From positions 1,240,499-1,304,498 of the forward strand of contig JAQGDQ010000020.1 of the NCBI GenBank assembly GCA_030141605.1: DNA of 64,000 nucleotides. The letters run 5' to 3'. Shown piece by piece: positions 41,921 to 55,090 of the stretch. The number at the start of each line of letters is the position of its first letter. Within the stretch, counting starts at the first letter, position 1. Under the pieces are notes generated by a model. That model worked only from the letters and a program-made list of their open reading frames with translations, ran no database searches and was not told the origin of the DNA. Origin of the DNA: Tubiluchus corallicola. Its lineage: Eukaryota > Animalia > Priapulida. A program made the position numbers and the translations under genes.

Positions 41921-41995
<75 letters not shown>

Positions 41996-42010
41996 GAACG
42001 AATGAATGAA
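41590..42010. repeat. Microsatellite cluster (TCA/TCT, GAAT, AATC) at the start of the DMRT intron
   Basis: Direct reading. Confidence 0.95.
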
Positions 42011-43445
42011 CATAGAGCTGTAAAAGTAGCAATACAATGAGGTCGAGGCATGTTCTATGGAAAATCATGCAGCTATTAATGTTTTTTTAAATTTTAAAAA
42101 TTAAAACTTTTAAACTTTAAATTATTTAAAGTGCTTTTTGAAGAACATACAATTTCATTGCACAAATAGATGTTTAATGTTTTAATGTCCCGATGTAACG
42201 TCAACTGGCTTAAAGAACGTTAAAGACACTTAGTAAAGAAACGTAACAATTCAAGTTTCTAGGCAATCAAGCCTCGCTATTTTCTCTTTTAACTACTCAG
42301 GTCTGCAGTTAGGTAAAAAAACACAATAGTTAGTTCATTTAAACACAAAAGCGCGCAAACCTTTCTAACATCAAAAATTAAAAAAAATGTGAATATGATT
42401 ATCAATATATTAAAATACATTTAGTCAAAAAATATTTACATTGCAATGGTCTTAACTAAAACATTGATTTGAAAGTGACTAAATGAATTTTTACCAAAAC
42501 GATCATTTTTCTATGCAAAACAATAAGGAAACGTAATGCCAAGCCAATCTACCATTTTCTTTGATTCAAATGATTATACATTTCGCTATGTAACACAGTT
42601 TTTTATGCAAAACAATAAGGAAACGTAATGACAAGCCAATCTACCCTTTTCTTTAACCCAAATGATTATACATTTCGATATTTAACACATTTTTACAAGC
42701 AAGCCTGCCTGATTGTACTCTTACATGTACAAACCATCTTGCCTAGAACGCATTTCGGTTTCCCCGTAGTTGTTCCGGTTTATTTTCTTTACAACAACCA
42801 AGACAGAATAGTTTGCTATTACGACGCTAACTTGGCTAATATGAACCTTTTTCAAGCGAAACATCCATTCCTCCGCGTTGTGCAGAGAAGAATTCTTTGA
42901 ATCAACACGCTTAAACACAAACGGTGCGAAATCTGCTTTATTTTGATCTATGTACTACAATCAATGTCTGCCATATTCCAACAAAATATTTTAGTGTTTT
43001 ATACGTCATTTCTATTAAAAACAAGAAAAAAAGCCATTTTACAAATTTGCATTAAATTCTGTAGTTCTAGACTTTAGTAAACGCAAACATTAAATAAACC
43101 TAATTTGGTAATTTTACTAATTTATACCACGTTCTATCGAATTTATAAGATTGTCATTCATTAAACTAAAATGTTCAAAGTGATCAGTTTATAATGATTC
43201 AAAATTATACAAAATGATGTATTTACTTGCATCGTATGTCTCCATAAAGTAAATCTAGTATTTACCAATATATCTGACAAATTACGCCACTATCATACTG
43301 TGAAAAAGTACTTTTAAAGAAGCCTGTTAACGTCTACCAACTAACTCACTTGCCCAGGTAGAAACAGATCTGCACAGGTGAGTGATCGTGGTCACGTGAC
43401 CAACGAGATACTTGGCGAAATTCCCTACAATCTAAATACAATATT

Positions 43446-44123
43446 TAAGGGAAAACAGGATGATTTTTCAGATATCCCATTTTCAAGTAAAGTAAAATTA
43501 TACATTTTAACGACATTATACATAAAATAATGCCGTAAAAGCATTTCTGATAACTTAATAATAGATTAAAATCTTAATTAACGGCGGGCGAACCCAACTA
43601 GTGATGACATCACAAATTAACATAATTTTCAATATCGGAAACATTCCACGAACGTGTTGCGGGCGAACTCAACTAGTGATGACATCACAAACTAACATAA
43701 TTTTCAATATCAGAAACATTCCACGAGCGTGTTGCGCGTGTATTTAAAGAGAAAATTGAAGTACAGTGCTTCTGTAAGAAATTCAGTGTGTTGTACTAAA
43801 CTCGGCAAGTTTTAAGATAAAAATTCAAATTTCAAATTTACTCTGTGCTCGCGCATGAGCTGTCTAAAGTGTGCAGTTCGTCACAAGCTAACACACCTGA
43901 ACTAAGAGGTACAGCACCTGTTTTTGTGCAATGCGTTTCTGACGTGCGGGAGCTACTGCCCGCCTACCTGGCAAATGGCGAAATAACGATGAAGAACTAG
44001 TGGTGCGAACGTAAAATTGTGTTTGTGTGGTAATAATTCTTTCACGTAAGTCATTTTAGAAAAAAAGTATGTTTCCTTTCAATATTTTAAAGAGTAGACT
44101 GTTTTGATCTACAGTTTAAGATT
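43446..44123 (+). repeat. Dispersed repeat family D, copy in DMRT intron
   Basis: Collinear with 35548-36146; carries an internal about 76-bp tandem duplication. Confidence 0.75.
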
Positions 44124-44517
44124 CACGTTTTTATTTGAGCATTAAAATTTTAAATACAATATAATTTACTAAAAAAGACAAACTACTACACAAACAAAAA
44201 CAAAAACACACACAATACAAACTGTACTAAATACATGCAACAACAACGGAAAAATGTCAGAAGCTACCCACACTAACTAAGAAAGACGCCCATAAACAAA
44301 AAAATTCTGAAATGTATTCAGACTCCTTTGCAATATTTGTTATCAGAGCATTGTCAGATTGTACAACTCTAGTAAACAGACTATAATAACACTAGCGTCG
44401 TGTACGCATAAATTGTAGGAGAGATAAATCTACACTCATCTGAGATGCACGGCAATCATATTTAAGTTTAAAAAGTTTCCTTACTGCCATTGTTGTGTGA
44501 CACTCATTGTTTCTCTA

Positions 44518-45077
44518 TAGGTTTTACACGTCAAATGTAGACACAGGAAAGTTCAAATGTGACTTAGGTAAGTCAAATGTAGATGCAGTTAACGTTAAGA
44601 ATGTAGTGGAATTGGTTCCCACTTCCCAATGAACAGTGAATCACTAATTAGTTTTTTAAGTAATGCATTAGCACTGCATTAATGAATTAGTTTCTCTCAT
44701 GAAACATTGTTTATTTTAAGAATGTATTGTTTTCTCTAACAGTTCCAATGGTATGTAAAGTTTGCAGAACATTAGTGAACTATTAGTAGACCTATAAAGT
44801 TATTATTTTAAATTAGGAGCAATTATTTAATTGAAATTAAAGAAGATTAAATTTAACACCCTTAAACTTTACCACCTATCCACATTTGAGATACCAATGT
44901 CACATTTGACTTGACATGTGTCTACATTTGTCTTACCAAAAGCGCTTAAGATTTGTTGAAAACCATTGTTAACACATTTGAACTACCAAAGTCTACATTT
45001 GAGTTACCAAGACACATTTGACTTACCTAAATCTACATTTGAGTTAACGCAGGTCTACATTTGACATGTAAAACCTA
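44518..45077 (+). mobile_element. TA-flanked MITE family B in DMRT intron
   Basis: ta|taggttttacacgtcaaatgtagac ... gtctacatttgacatgtaaaaccta|ta. Confidence 0.88.
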
Positions 45078-45205
45078 TAGTTAAGATATTAATGTGCACA
45101 TAGAACAATTGCGTTTCGTTCCATGTCACATTATGTCGTCATGTTCACTCACAATAGTACTAATATTGCTACAAATGTTACTTGTTTTCTCCATTACCTC
45201 CTCAG

Positions 45206-45396
45206 GCAACAAACTCATGAAAAGAAAGATGGAGACGACGAAAAAGATAAAAACAACAAGCCAGCATCGGCAGGTGATGGCAAAACTTCTGCTGTCAGTT
45301 CAGATAAAACCAGTTCCCAGAAGAAACCAATGTCGAAACCCGTGCGAGGACAGCAGGCTGTACAGGTTACGTCTTTGTCGAAAGAGATTTTACAGG
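45206..45396 (+). CDS. DMRT2: DMRT2-type gene, coding exon 2
   Basis: Pyrimidine tract + ctcag; completes ALRR-QQ; ends SLSKEILQG (cf. DMRT2 LAKSILEGY); donor GTAATG. Confidence 0.92.
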
Positions 45397-46345
45397 GTAA
45401 TGAAATTGTCTACAATAAAAGCCCGTGTTAACATGTAGAATAATTCGAAGCCATTTATTTACCACTGTGATAATGCTAAATAATGCATGTTAAATAAATT
45501 TATTGTTTATGAAAACCAATGTAAAAATTGGTCCTAGAAATGCGATAACCACAGAGGTTATGCTAGATGCGAGCACGCGTCTTTAGGTTGTACTGAAGTA
45601 TATCGCTAAGCAGCGGCCGACCAGCAAGTGGCACCTGGCATTTGTTAATATATGTAGTTTGTACCAGAGAGAAAAGAATTATGTAATAAATGTGAAAAAG
45701 GAAAAGTAAGGCAGGTCAGTAAGAACAGGATAGCGCTAAAAACAGTTTGGAGAAAGAAGGTCATGGGAGTAGGTTTACATATTATAGTTTTAGTTTTTTG
45801 AGAGGTTTTTGAGCAATGCGTTTCTGACGTGCAGGCGCTAGTGCCGTCTACCTGGCAAATGGCGAAATGCGTGTACCTGTGAAGAACTAGTGACGCGAAC
45901 GTGAAATTGTGTTTGTTAAAACGCGTGTTAAATAAATGATTTGGATTACGATCAAAATTATCAACTGTTTGTATTGGAGCTAAAACATAAAAATACTGCT
46001 TCTAAAACTGCCTACTTCTTTACTGCTTCTAAAAGTACAGTTTTGGTAAAATACAAACACAATGTTATAATTATTTTGTATCGAATAATTTTGTAGTTAA
46101 TTGGGTATTCATATCTACTGATATTCTCGACTGAGCGATTATTTTTGTAATAAAACAATCTTAGTTTCCAAATCTCACGAAGGACTACATCACAAAACAC
46201 TTTCTCCATTGCCGTAAATGTTTATCCAGAAGAGACGCTGAGAGGTCTCCATTGACAAGAGTCTGGGGGCAGTATTTCCCTACGCCTCGAGACTCTTGTT
46301 TCCGGCTCAGTGATGTAGAAATATCACAAATATGGCCAACACTTA

Positions 46346-46845
46346 CGGCGCGTTCACACTAGCGAGTTTTCTGTCGCATGTTTTCTCTCTAACAACAAGT
46401 GTGAACTGCTTTGTGAGTTACTGTCGGCAAGTTAGTGCAAACTCTTCGACAGTTGCTGCGAGATAGTCTATGAGAAGGTCTTGGCAAGTTACTCTTGACA
46501 CTTGCTGTCTAGTCTGAACATCTCAGCGAGTTACTCTTGACACTTGCTGTCTAGTCTGAACACGTTTGCGAGTTACTCTTGACACTTGCTGTCTAGTCTG
46601 AACATCTCAGCGAGTTACTCTTGACACTTGCTGTCTAGTCTGAACATCTCAGCGAGTTACTCTTGACACTTGCTGTCTAGTCTGAACACGTTTGTGAGTT
46701 ACTCTTGACACTTATTGCTGTGAATACAGAATTGAGTGTCACCTGGGGGTTACTGTCGGAGATTAGCTCGCAGGAAATTTTGCTCTTTAGTTTACACACG
46801 CTTGCAGGTTGCTTGGCGAGAAAACGCGCTAGTGTGAGCCTGTCG
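46346..46845 (+). mobile_element. PIF/Harbinger-like MITE with internal 42-bp tandem repeat, in DMRT intron
   Basis: tta|cggcgcgttcacactagcgagttttct ... agaaaacgcgctagtgtgagcctgtcg|tta; about 5 copies of gagttactcttgacacttgctgtctagtctgaacatctcagc. Confidence 0.78.
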
Positions 46846-47071
46846 TTACACCTATGCCATCGTGTGAACGTGCCGTTACACCTACGCCATCGTGTGAACG
46901 TGCCGTTACACCTACGCCATCGTGTGAACGTGCCGTTACACCTACGCCATCGTGTGAACGTGCCGTTACACTTACACCATCGTGTGAACCTGCCCTTACA
47001 CCTACGCCATCGTGTGAACGTGCCGTTACACCTACGTCATCGTGTGAACATGCCCTTACACCTGCGCCATC
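46846..47071. repeat. 30-bp tandem repeat (about 7.5 copies)
   Basis: ttacacctacgccatcgtgtgaacgtgccg. Confidence 0.97.
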
Positions 47072-47212
47072 ACTATCGTTATCACATTGCTAAGTTATAT
47101 TTAACGAATACTAACACGAAATGCTTGAAAGTGATTAACAGACATTAAAAAATAGACGTGGTCTTTTACGGAAAAGAGCATTCACTTACGTAACAGCTTT
47201 TCATATGTTTAG

Positions 47213-47928
47213 GTTACAGATCAAGATTACACAGGACACCCAGCATGGACGCAGCTCGAGCAATGTTACCCTTCATGAGTGAAAAAATGAGAAAGAGACG
47301 CGCTTTCTGTGACAAAGAGTTAGACGCTGTCATGTTTCAGCGTGAACGGCAGCTAGCCATTGAGAAGAACATCATCCATGGTGTTGTGAGTGTTGATGAT
47401 GATCTGTGTAAGAGCTTGGCAAGTGGACTAAACGCTAGAGAATTCCTGCTTCGGACGTTCCCTAAACATAATCCAAGCGTGTTAGAACTTGTCTATCAGG
47501 GTTGTGGCGGTAACCTGCAAAAAACAGTGGAGCAAATTGTCTCGTGTAGTCGATGTCCAGGCGCAGTAAATAACGCGCAAAATCTGCCACAGGCGGCGCT
47601 GAAAGCGCAGCTTGGACTGATGTACAATCTGGATAACGTGTCACGCAGCTCCAGTATTTTTCCAGGTTTATTTTCAACATTGCAGCCAGTAAACCCTACC
47701 ACTTTGTCTAACAGGACAAACCTCGTGAACAGTGGTATCCTGGCGCCACCTCGCGTCGAAAATGCTGCATTACACGAGATCTTGACAGAACGGTCGGCAT
47801 TCTCAGCTGTGAAACGAACAAAGATAAATAAATGTGATGTTAGTAATGACGACAACAACAATAAAAACGTCATGGCTCCACAGTCAGCCATAAAATTTTC
47901 GGTAGAATCTATAATCGGCAGAAAGTGA
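47213..47928 (+). CDS. DMRT2: DMRT2-type gene, last coding exon (DMRT2 box, DMA-like domain, eh1-like motif)
   Basis: SEKMRKRRAFCDKELD DMRT2 signature; AREFLLRTFPKHNPSVLELVYQGCGGNLQKTVEQI; FSVESII; stop 47928; AATAAA at 47961. Three exons total 1152 nt = 383 aa + stop. Confidence 0.95.
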
Positions 47929-48314
47929 TGGTGTCAATAATATTGTCACGTACAACGCTTAATAAACTGGTTTTAAAGTGACTCAACATTGAACATTAAT
48001 TTAAAACAATAATAATGAAAATGATAACGATTAAATCAGAATTTATAAAATAACTTTGTCACGAAAATGTTCAGTTATCCAACTTTTAGTTTATAAACGT
48101 CATAGATGCTTATTAACGTCATTGTGATTGATAGAATCGTCATAATTAAAACAGTTTTGGACGTTATTTTGAGGAAATTTTCTCAATTGCTGCTGATATC
48201 ATTATAGCTGCATTTCATACTCGTGTTTATTTAATTAAATAGATTAAATGCAATTACATTTTTCATTTTTCTAACAACTAGTTGTCACGCTTATCAAATT
48301 TATCATCTACTTTG

Positions 48315-48398
48315 TAATAATAATAAGAAGAAGAAGAAGAAGAAGAAGAAGAAAAAGAAGAAAAAGAAGAAGAAGTAGTAAGTAGTAGTAGTAGTAGT

Positions 48399-48482
<84 letters not shown>

Positions 48483-48500
48483 CAAGAAGAAGAAGAAGTA
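48315..48500. repeat. (GAA)n/(GTA)n microsatellite
   Basis: Direct reading. Confidence 0.96.
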
Positions 48501-48617
48501 AAAAGAAGAGCAATTACAGCAGCGACAATGACGTCGATGACAACAGTGATATGTAAGGGTCCAGGAAATATGTAATTAGGCTTTCAGTCATCTACGCCAT
48601 TTGTCTGTAACTTTTAC

Positions 48618-49540
48618 TGTAAGACAACTGACCGTTTGTAAGACAACTGACTGTCTATAACAAAACTGACTGTCTGTAAGACAACTGACTGTCTGTAAGA
48701 TAACTAACTGTCTATAAGACAACTGACTGTCTCTAAGACAACTGACTGTCTGTAAGATAACTAACTGTCTATAAAACAACTGACTGTCTCTAAGACAACT
48801 GACTGTCTCTAAGACAACTGACTGTCTGTAAGATAACTAATTGTCTATAAGACAACTGACTGTCTCTAAGACAAATAACTGTCTATAAGACAACTGACTG
48901 TCTATAAGACAACCGACTGTCTGTAAGACAACTGACTGTCTGTAAGACAACTGACTGCCTATAAGACAACTGACTGTCTATAAGACAACTGACTGTCTAT
49001 AAGACAACTGACTGCCTATAAGACAACTGACTGTCTGTAAGACAACTGACTGCCTATAAGACAACTGACTGTCTATAAGACAACTGACTGTCTATAAGAC
49101 AACTGACTGTCTGTAAGACAACTGACTGTCTGTAAGACAACTGACTGTCTGTAAGACAACTGACTGCCTATAAGACAACTGACTGTCTATAAGACAACTG
49201 ACTGTCTATAAGACAACTGACTGCCTATAAGACAACTGACTGTCTGTAAGACAACTGACTGCCTATAAGACAACTGACTGTCTATAAGACAACTGACTGT
49301 CTATAAGACAACTGACTGTCTATAAGACAACTGACTGTCTGTAAGACAACTGACTGCCTATAAGACAACTGACTGCCTATAAGACAACTAACTGTCTGTA
49401 AGACAACTGACTGCCTATAAGACAACTGACTGTCTATAAGACAACTGACTGCCTATAAGACAACTGACTGTCTATAAGACAACTGACTGTTTATAAGACA
49501 ACTGACTGTTTGTAAGACAACTGACTGTCTGTAAGACAAC
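48618..49540. repeat. 19-bp minisatellite (about 48 copies)
   Basis: taagacaactgactgtct(a/g). Confidence 0.98.
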
Positions 49541-50336
49541 AAAAAAGCCAAAAAGTGAATACTGTATGTCTTGACATCCTAGTCAATCCTCGACAAAAGA
49601 GGTCAGAGTTTTTTTTAAATATTCTGGAACCCACTTTGTTGCAAAAGCAAAACGGAACGGGAAACTATTTCAAACAAAATTTGCGAGGATTTTTCCCCTA
49701 ACTTGCGATAATTTTGCAGCGTATTTACGTAACTGATAGCGTTGTAGCTTCCAAAACACCACCGACAAAAAACTTGTTCCGTCATCTTATCAATTTTCAC
49801 GCTAGCCAACATGTTCATCAGACCGTCTGTCAAAGCAATCTATCAATACCCGATGTCAAAATACCAAGCGACTCGCCTAAAGACACCTAAATAAACGAAT
49901 CCAAGCAAAGTAAATGATCCAGGAAAATGTCTGACACGTGTTGCCGTTATGTAACCAGGTTTTTTACGGCACCGACAAAAACCGAACGGTGTTGTTTATT
50001 AGAAAACACCAAATCTTGTATATTTTCGCAGTTTGTTTGTTTTCTTGTCTATTCGCTGCAATAATGTATTGGAAAAGTAGTTGGAAATGAGCGCTTTTGA
50101 TGGTTTTATTGGACTTGTGATAAACACAACATAAACCTGCTGTTGTTGCTCAACCTACCGCAGTGTTGAACAGTTTCAATAGTTTTAATGCTGACAGTTG
50201 TGAGTTCAACTCTAAACACAGGTATTGTAAACAGACAATAAAAACTCTTCTCATTAATATCAATTAACACTTGTTGTAATTGTAATTGTAATTTATTATC
50301 ACTTCAGCATGTACTTTTACATTACAATTTGCATTA

Positions 50337-50665
50337 CAGTCGACCCTCGTTAAACCGGACCCCGTTAGCCCGGATATCGGATAAGACGGACGTCATCCGT
50401 GGTAAAGGAAACTGACCGATTTCCGTGCGAGCCCGAGCGTTAAACACAACACGGCCCCTACCAACTGTACAATAATTTCTTTATCCTCACAGGTTAACTA
50501 TATTAAAGTAATATACAGTATAGTATATAGTGCAATGTATATAGGCCTTATTAAGGTGATTATTCCTGTATAATATAGACCTTATATAGGCATATCGGAT
50601 AAATCGGACAATCTGCTAAACCGGACCACCCCCCTTAATTAGTCCGGTTTAACGAGGGTTGACTG
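50337..50665. mobile_element. Tc1/mariner (pogo/Tigger-like) MITE
   Basis: ta|cagtcgaccctcgttaaaccggac ... gtccggtttaacgagggttgactg|ta. Confidence 0.9.
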
Positions 50666-50891
50666 TATTATCTTTCTTTAACTATTATGCCCTATAACTA
50701 GAAAATGAAATATAGTTACAATAATTGTAACAGAACTACATTAGAATACTATAGCATGATATAGTTAGGGAAAAAATTCCAAATATAATTACAAAAATTT
50801 AACAGAAGTGTACCAACATAGTTACTAAACTACGTAGTAGTTTGTCAACAAGAAATAGATGCTGCATGGTGGTCAAGAAGCAAAGCTTGTA

Positions 50892-53100
50892 AGTAACTCG
50901 CACCGAGGCGTTCACACTAAACAGTAACTCGCGGCGATTGTCGGAGAGTTTGCACTAATTTTCCGAAAGTAACTCGCGCCTAGGCGCTCACACTAAACAG
51001 TAACTCGCAGCAATTGTCGGAGAGTTTACACTAATTCTCCGAAAGTAACTCGCACCTAGGCGCTCACACTAAACAGTAACTCGCAGCAATTGTCGGAGAG
51101 TTTGCAATAATTTTCCGAAAGTAACTCGCACCGAGGCGTTCACACTAAACAGTAACTCGCAGCGATTATCGGAGAGTTTGCAATAATTTTATGAAAGTAA
51201 CTCGCACCGTGGCGTTCACACTAAACAGTAACTCGCAGCGATTGTCGGAGAGTTTGTACTAATTTTCCAAAGTAACTCGCACCGAGGCGTTCACACTAAA
51301 CAGTAACTCGCAGCAATTGTCGGAAAGTTTGCACTAATTTTCCAAAGTAACTCGTACCGAGGCGTTCACACTAAACAGTAACTCGCAACAATTGTCGGAG
51401 AGTTTGCACTAATTTTCCAAAGTAACTCGTACCGAGGCGTTCACACTAAACAGTAACTCGCAGCGATTGTCGGAGAGTTTGTACTAATTTTCCAAAGTAA
51501 CTCGCACCGAGGCGTTCACACTAAACAGTAACTCGCAGCAATTGTCGGAGAGTTTGCACAAATTTTCCAAAGTAACTCGTACCGAGGCGTTCACACTAAA
51601 CAGTAACTCGCAGCGATTGTCGGAGAGTTTGCAATAATTTTACGAAAGTAACTCGCACCATGGCGTTCACACTAAACAGTAACTCGCAGCAATTGTCGGA
51701 GAGTTTGCACAAATTTTCCAAAGTAACTCGTACCGAGGCGTTCACACTAAACAGTAACTCGCAGCGATTGTCGGAGAGTTTGCAATAATTTTACGAAAGT
51801 AACTCGTACCATGGCGTTCACACTAAACAGTAACTCGCAGCAATTGTCGGAGAGTTTGCAATAATTTTCCGAAAGTAACTCGCACCGAGGCGGTCACACT
51901 AAACAGTAACTCGCAGCAATTGTCAGAGAGTTTGCACTAATTTTCCAAAGTAACTCGCACCGAGGCGTTCACACTAAACAGTAACTTGCAGCAATTGTTG
52001 GAGAGTTTGCAATAAGTTTCAGAAAGTAACTCGTACCGAGGCGTTCACACTAAACAGTAACTCGCAGCAATTGTCGGAGAGTTTGCACTAATTTTCCAAA
52101 GTAACTCGCACCGAGGCGTTCACACTAAACAGTAACTCGCAGCAATTGTCGGAGAGTTTGCACAAATTTTCCAAAGTAACTCGTACCGAGGCGTTCACAC
52201 TAAACAGTAACTCGCAGCGATTGTCGGAGAGTTTGCAATAATTTTACGAAAGTAACTCGCACCATGGCGTTCACACTAAACAGTAACTCGCAGCAATTGT
52301 CGGAGAGTTTGCAATAATTTTACGAAAGTAACTCGCACCGAGGGGGTCACACTAAACAGTAACTCGCAGCAATTGTCAGAGAGTTTGCACTAATTTTCCA
52401 AAGTAACTCGCACCGAGGCGTTCACACTAAACAGTAACTTGCAGCAATTGTTGGAGAGTTTGCAATAAGTTTCCGAAAGTAACTCGTACCGAGGCGTTCA
52501 CACTAAACAGTAACTCGCAGCAATTGTCGGAGAGTTTGCACTAATTTTCCAAAGTAACTCGCACCGAGGCGTTCACACTAAACAGTAACTCGCAGCAATT
52601 GTCGGAGAGTTTGCACTAATTTTCCAAAGTAACTCGTACCGAGGCGTTCACACTAAACAGTAACTCGCAGCGATTGTCGGAGAGTTTGCAATAATTTTAC
52701 GAAAGTAACTCGCACCATGGCGTTCACACTAAACAGTAACTCGCAGCAATTGTCGGAGAGTTTGCACTAATTTTCCAAAGTAACTCGTACCGAGGCGTTC
52801 ACACTAAACAGTAACTCGCAGCAATTGTCGGAGAGTTTGCAATAATTTTCCGAAAGTAACTCGCACCGAGGCGTTCACACTAAACAGTAACTCGCAGCAA
52901 TTGTCGGAGAGTTTGCACTAATTTTCCAAAGTAACTCGCACCGAGGCGTTCACACTAAACAGTAACTCGCAGCAATTGTTGGAGAGTATGCAATAATTTT
53001 CCGAAAGCAACTCGCACCGAGGCGTTCACACTAAACAGTAACTCGCAGCAATTGTCGGAGAGTTTGCACTAATTTTCCAAAGTAACTCGTACCGAGGCGG
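50892..53100. repeat. 75/76-bp satellite (about 29 copies)
   Basis: agtaactcgcaccgaggcgttcacactaaacagtaactcgcagcaattgtcggagagtttgcactaattttccaa. Confidence 0.98.
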
Positions 53101-54901
53101 TCAGAAATTATGGTGCAACTATGAATCTATAGGCCACAGAAAAAAGGAAATAAACTTGTCGTTAAGCTCAATAGCTTTTCTATTTTAAAGTGGGCGGAGC
53201 ATTCTTTTATTATAGCTAAGTAAAACCTGACGCCCTATACTAACAGCACAGGAATTAAAGCTTTGTTTTTCTCTTGCGTACCGTTGTTTAGGTTTCTATG
53301 TTTTGCACAATTCGATTTCTCAGATGGTAACGGCAAATATGATAACGGAAAAAGCTGCAGAAGTTTGAATTAGTTTAAGCAGCGCGAATCAACCGAAGAC
53401 CAGTAATTACCAACCAAGAGTCCACCAGTTGCGTAATAATTTTCAGTTCAAATAAATTATAATATAAATTAACTTTTTGTTTTATTGACATTTTTTTGAG
53501 AATTAGTTTTCTAAGTTTATGTGACAACAGTAAAATAAACCCAATATGCTAAGCGGCTTGTCCTTTCCTTTAAGTATAAAATATCCCCTAGCGAGCGTAA
53601 ACCGTACTAATGATGTGGTATTAAAATCTAAAAATACCATCTATACGGTATTTTGACATTAAAAAATTTACACTATACAGTAAACAAAAATCTATATAAA
53701 CTATAAAATACAAGCACCTGCAGGGTATCTTTTGCATCCCCAATGATAACCAAACAAAGAATTTCAGCAAATCTGATTCACTAGTTGTCCCGGTCATAGC
53801 CGTATAAGTATCTGGATTCAACTTGGAACATTACAGCAGTTATCAAGGGGAGTACAATAAAGATAATTCATTACTTAATTCTGACATATCCATTCTAGTA
53901 TCATGTTTACATTCACAATATTTTTCACAAATAATTCTGCTCATTGGTCACATTGTAAGTGCACATTAGAGGCAATCTGTTCTACATAATAACTTGCACT
54001 CTTTGCATTACACACATTTCAATTCTTGTTATATTTATATCTCAATAGCTGTGAGTTGTAACCCAAAAAAGAATCTACTGAATCAATTGCATTTTTTGCA
54101 AAAAAAGTTTATTAGTTCAAACGCAAGTGAGTGTTTTTTGGAATTTTTTAATATACTTATACAAAAGAATGTTGCAGCTTTTTGCTTTATTGACAACTCT
54201 GTATATATAAATATAATATACATTTAATATATCTATGTTTATACAAAAAATCCAAAGCAACTTTCTTCTGCAGTTAGATACATACTTGCCAAATCCACTT
54301 TCTTGACGCCACTGTGTTAAACTTCTTAAGAAGTCCATTCCTCTTCCTTGCGGTCTCAACTTTAACTTCTACATTTATGTTGTGTGTAACACGTTTCTCC
54401 TCGTCTACAACAGGTTCTTCTACGGCTGAATCTCGCAAGGTGGGTCTACCACTAAAACGAGCACGGATCACAGGTTGTTGCTTCCAACCTATGGTTGCTA
54501 TGAATGCGAAACAAGCCAATCAAGAATCTGTCTTTGGCTATTTGTTCCATTTAGTGAAATAATGATAATAAAAATTGCAGATCGGTTTCTTTTCTTACAA
54601 ATATTCAAGTTTACGCGCTGAAAGTATATACCAGAATGACGCTGCTTTGCTCAAAGCCTTCTAAACTCGCGTAGTCTTGGAAACGCAAACGCAAGTCTTG
54701 AAAACAATGGGCGACTGTCACTGTACTGCGTATTCTTGCTTCTATGCTTTTAATAACTTCCCAACCTTACATATATTATGCTATGAAAAATTTGAAAACT
54801 TAACAACATTCACGTAGTTACTCTATCACATTTTTTGCGAATATATATATCCAGTGCATGCTAAAAGTTTTTATAAATTATGCAAGTATTCACTAAACAC
54901 A

Positions 54902-54967
54902 TCTCTCTCTCTCTCTGTGTCTCTGTCTCTCTCTCTTTCTCTCTTCTCTCTTGCTCTCTCCTCTCTC

Positions 54968-55012
<45 letters not shown>

Positions 55013-55017
55013 CTCTG

Positions 55018-55062
<45 letters not shown>

Positions 55063-55090
55063 CTCTCTCCTCTCTCTCGCTCTCTTTCTT
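54902..55090. repeat. (CT)n microsatellite
   Basis: Direct reading. Confidence 0.96.

Noticed and set aside
46705-47148. His/Arg-rich ORF (LHLRHRVNVP)n as an extra DMRT exon
   Set aside because: Translation of the 30-bp array; the flanking exons join in phase without it.
1079-47928. Functional sex-determination module of a steroidogenic P450 plus DMRT
   Set aside because: Only adjacency (30 kb apart) supports it; the P450 substrate cannot be assigned from the sequence.
50892-53100. CRISPR-like array
   Set aside because: Units are near-identical along their whole length with no unique spacers, no cas genes are present and the context is eukaryotic; the same applies to the other tandem arrays.
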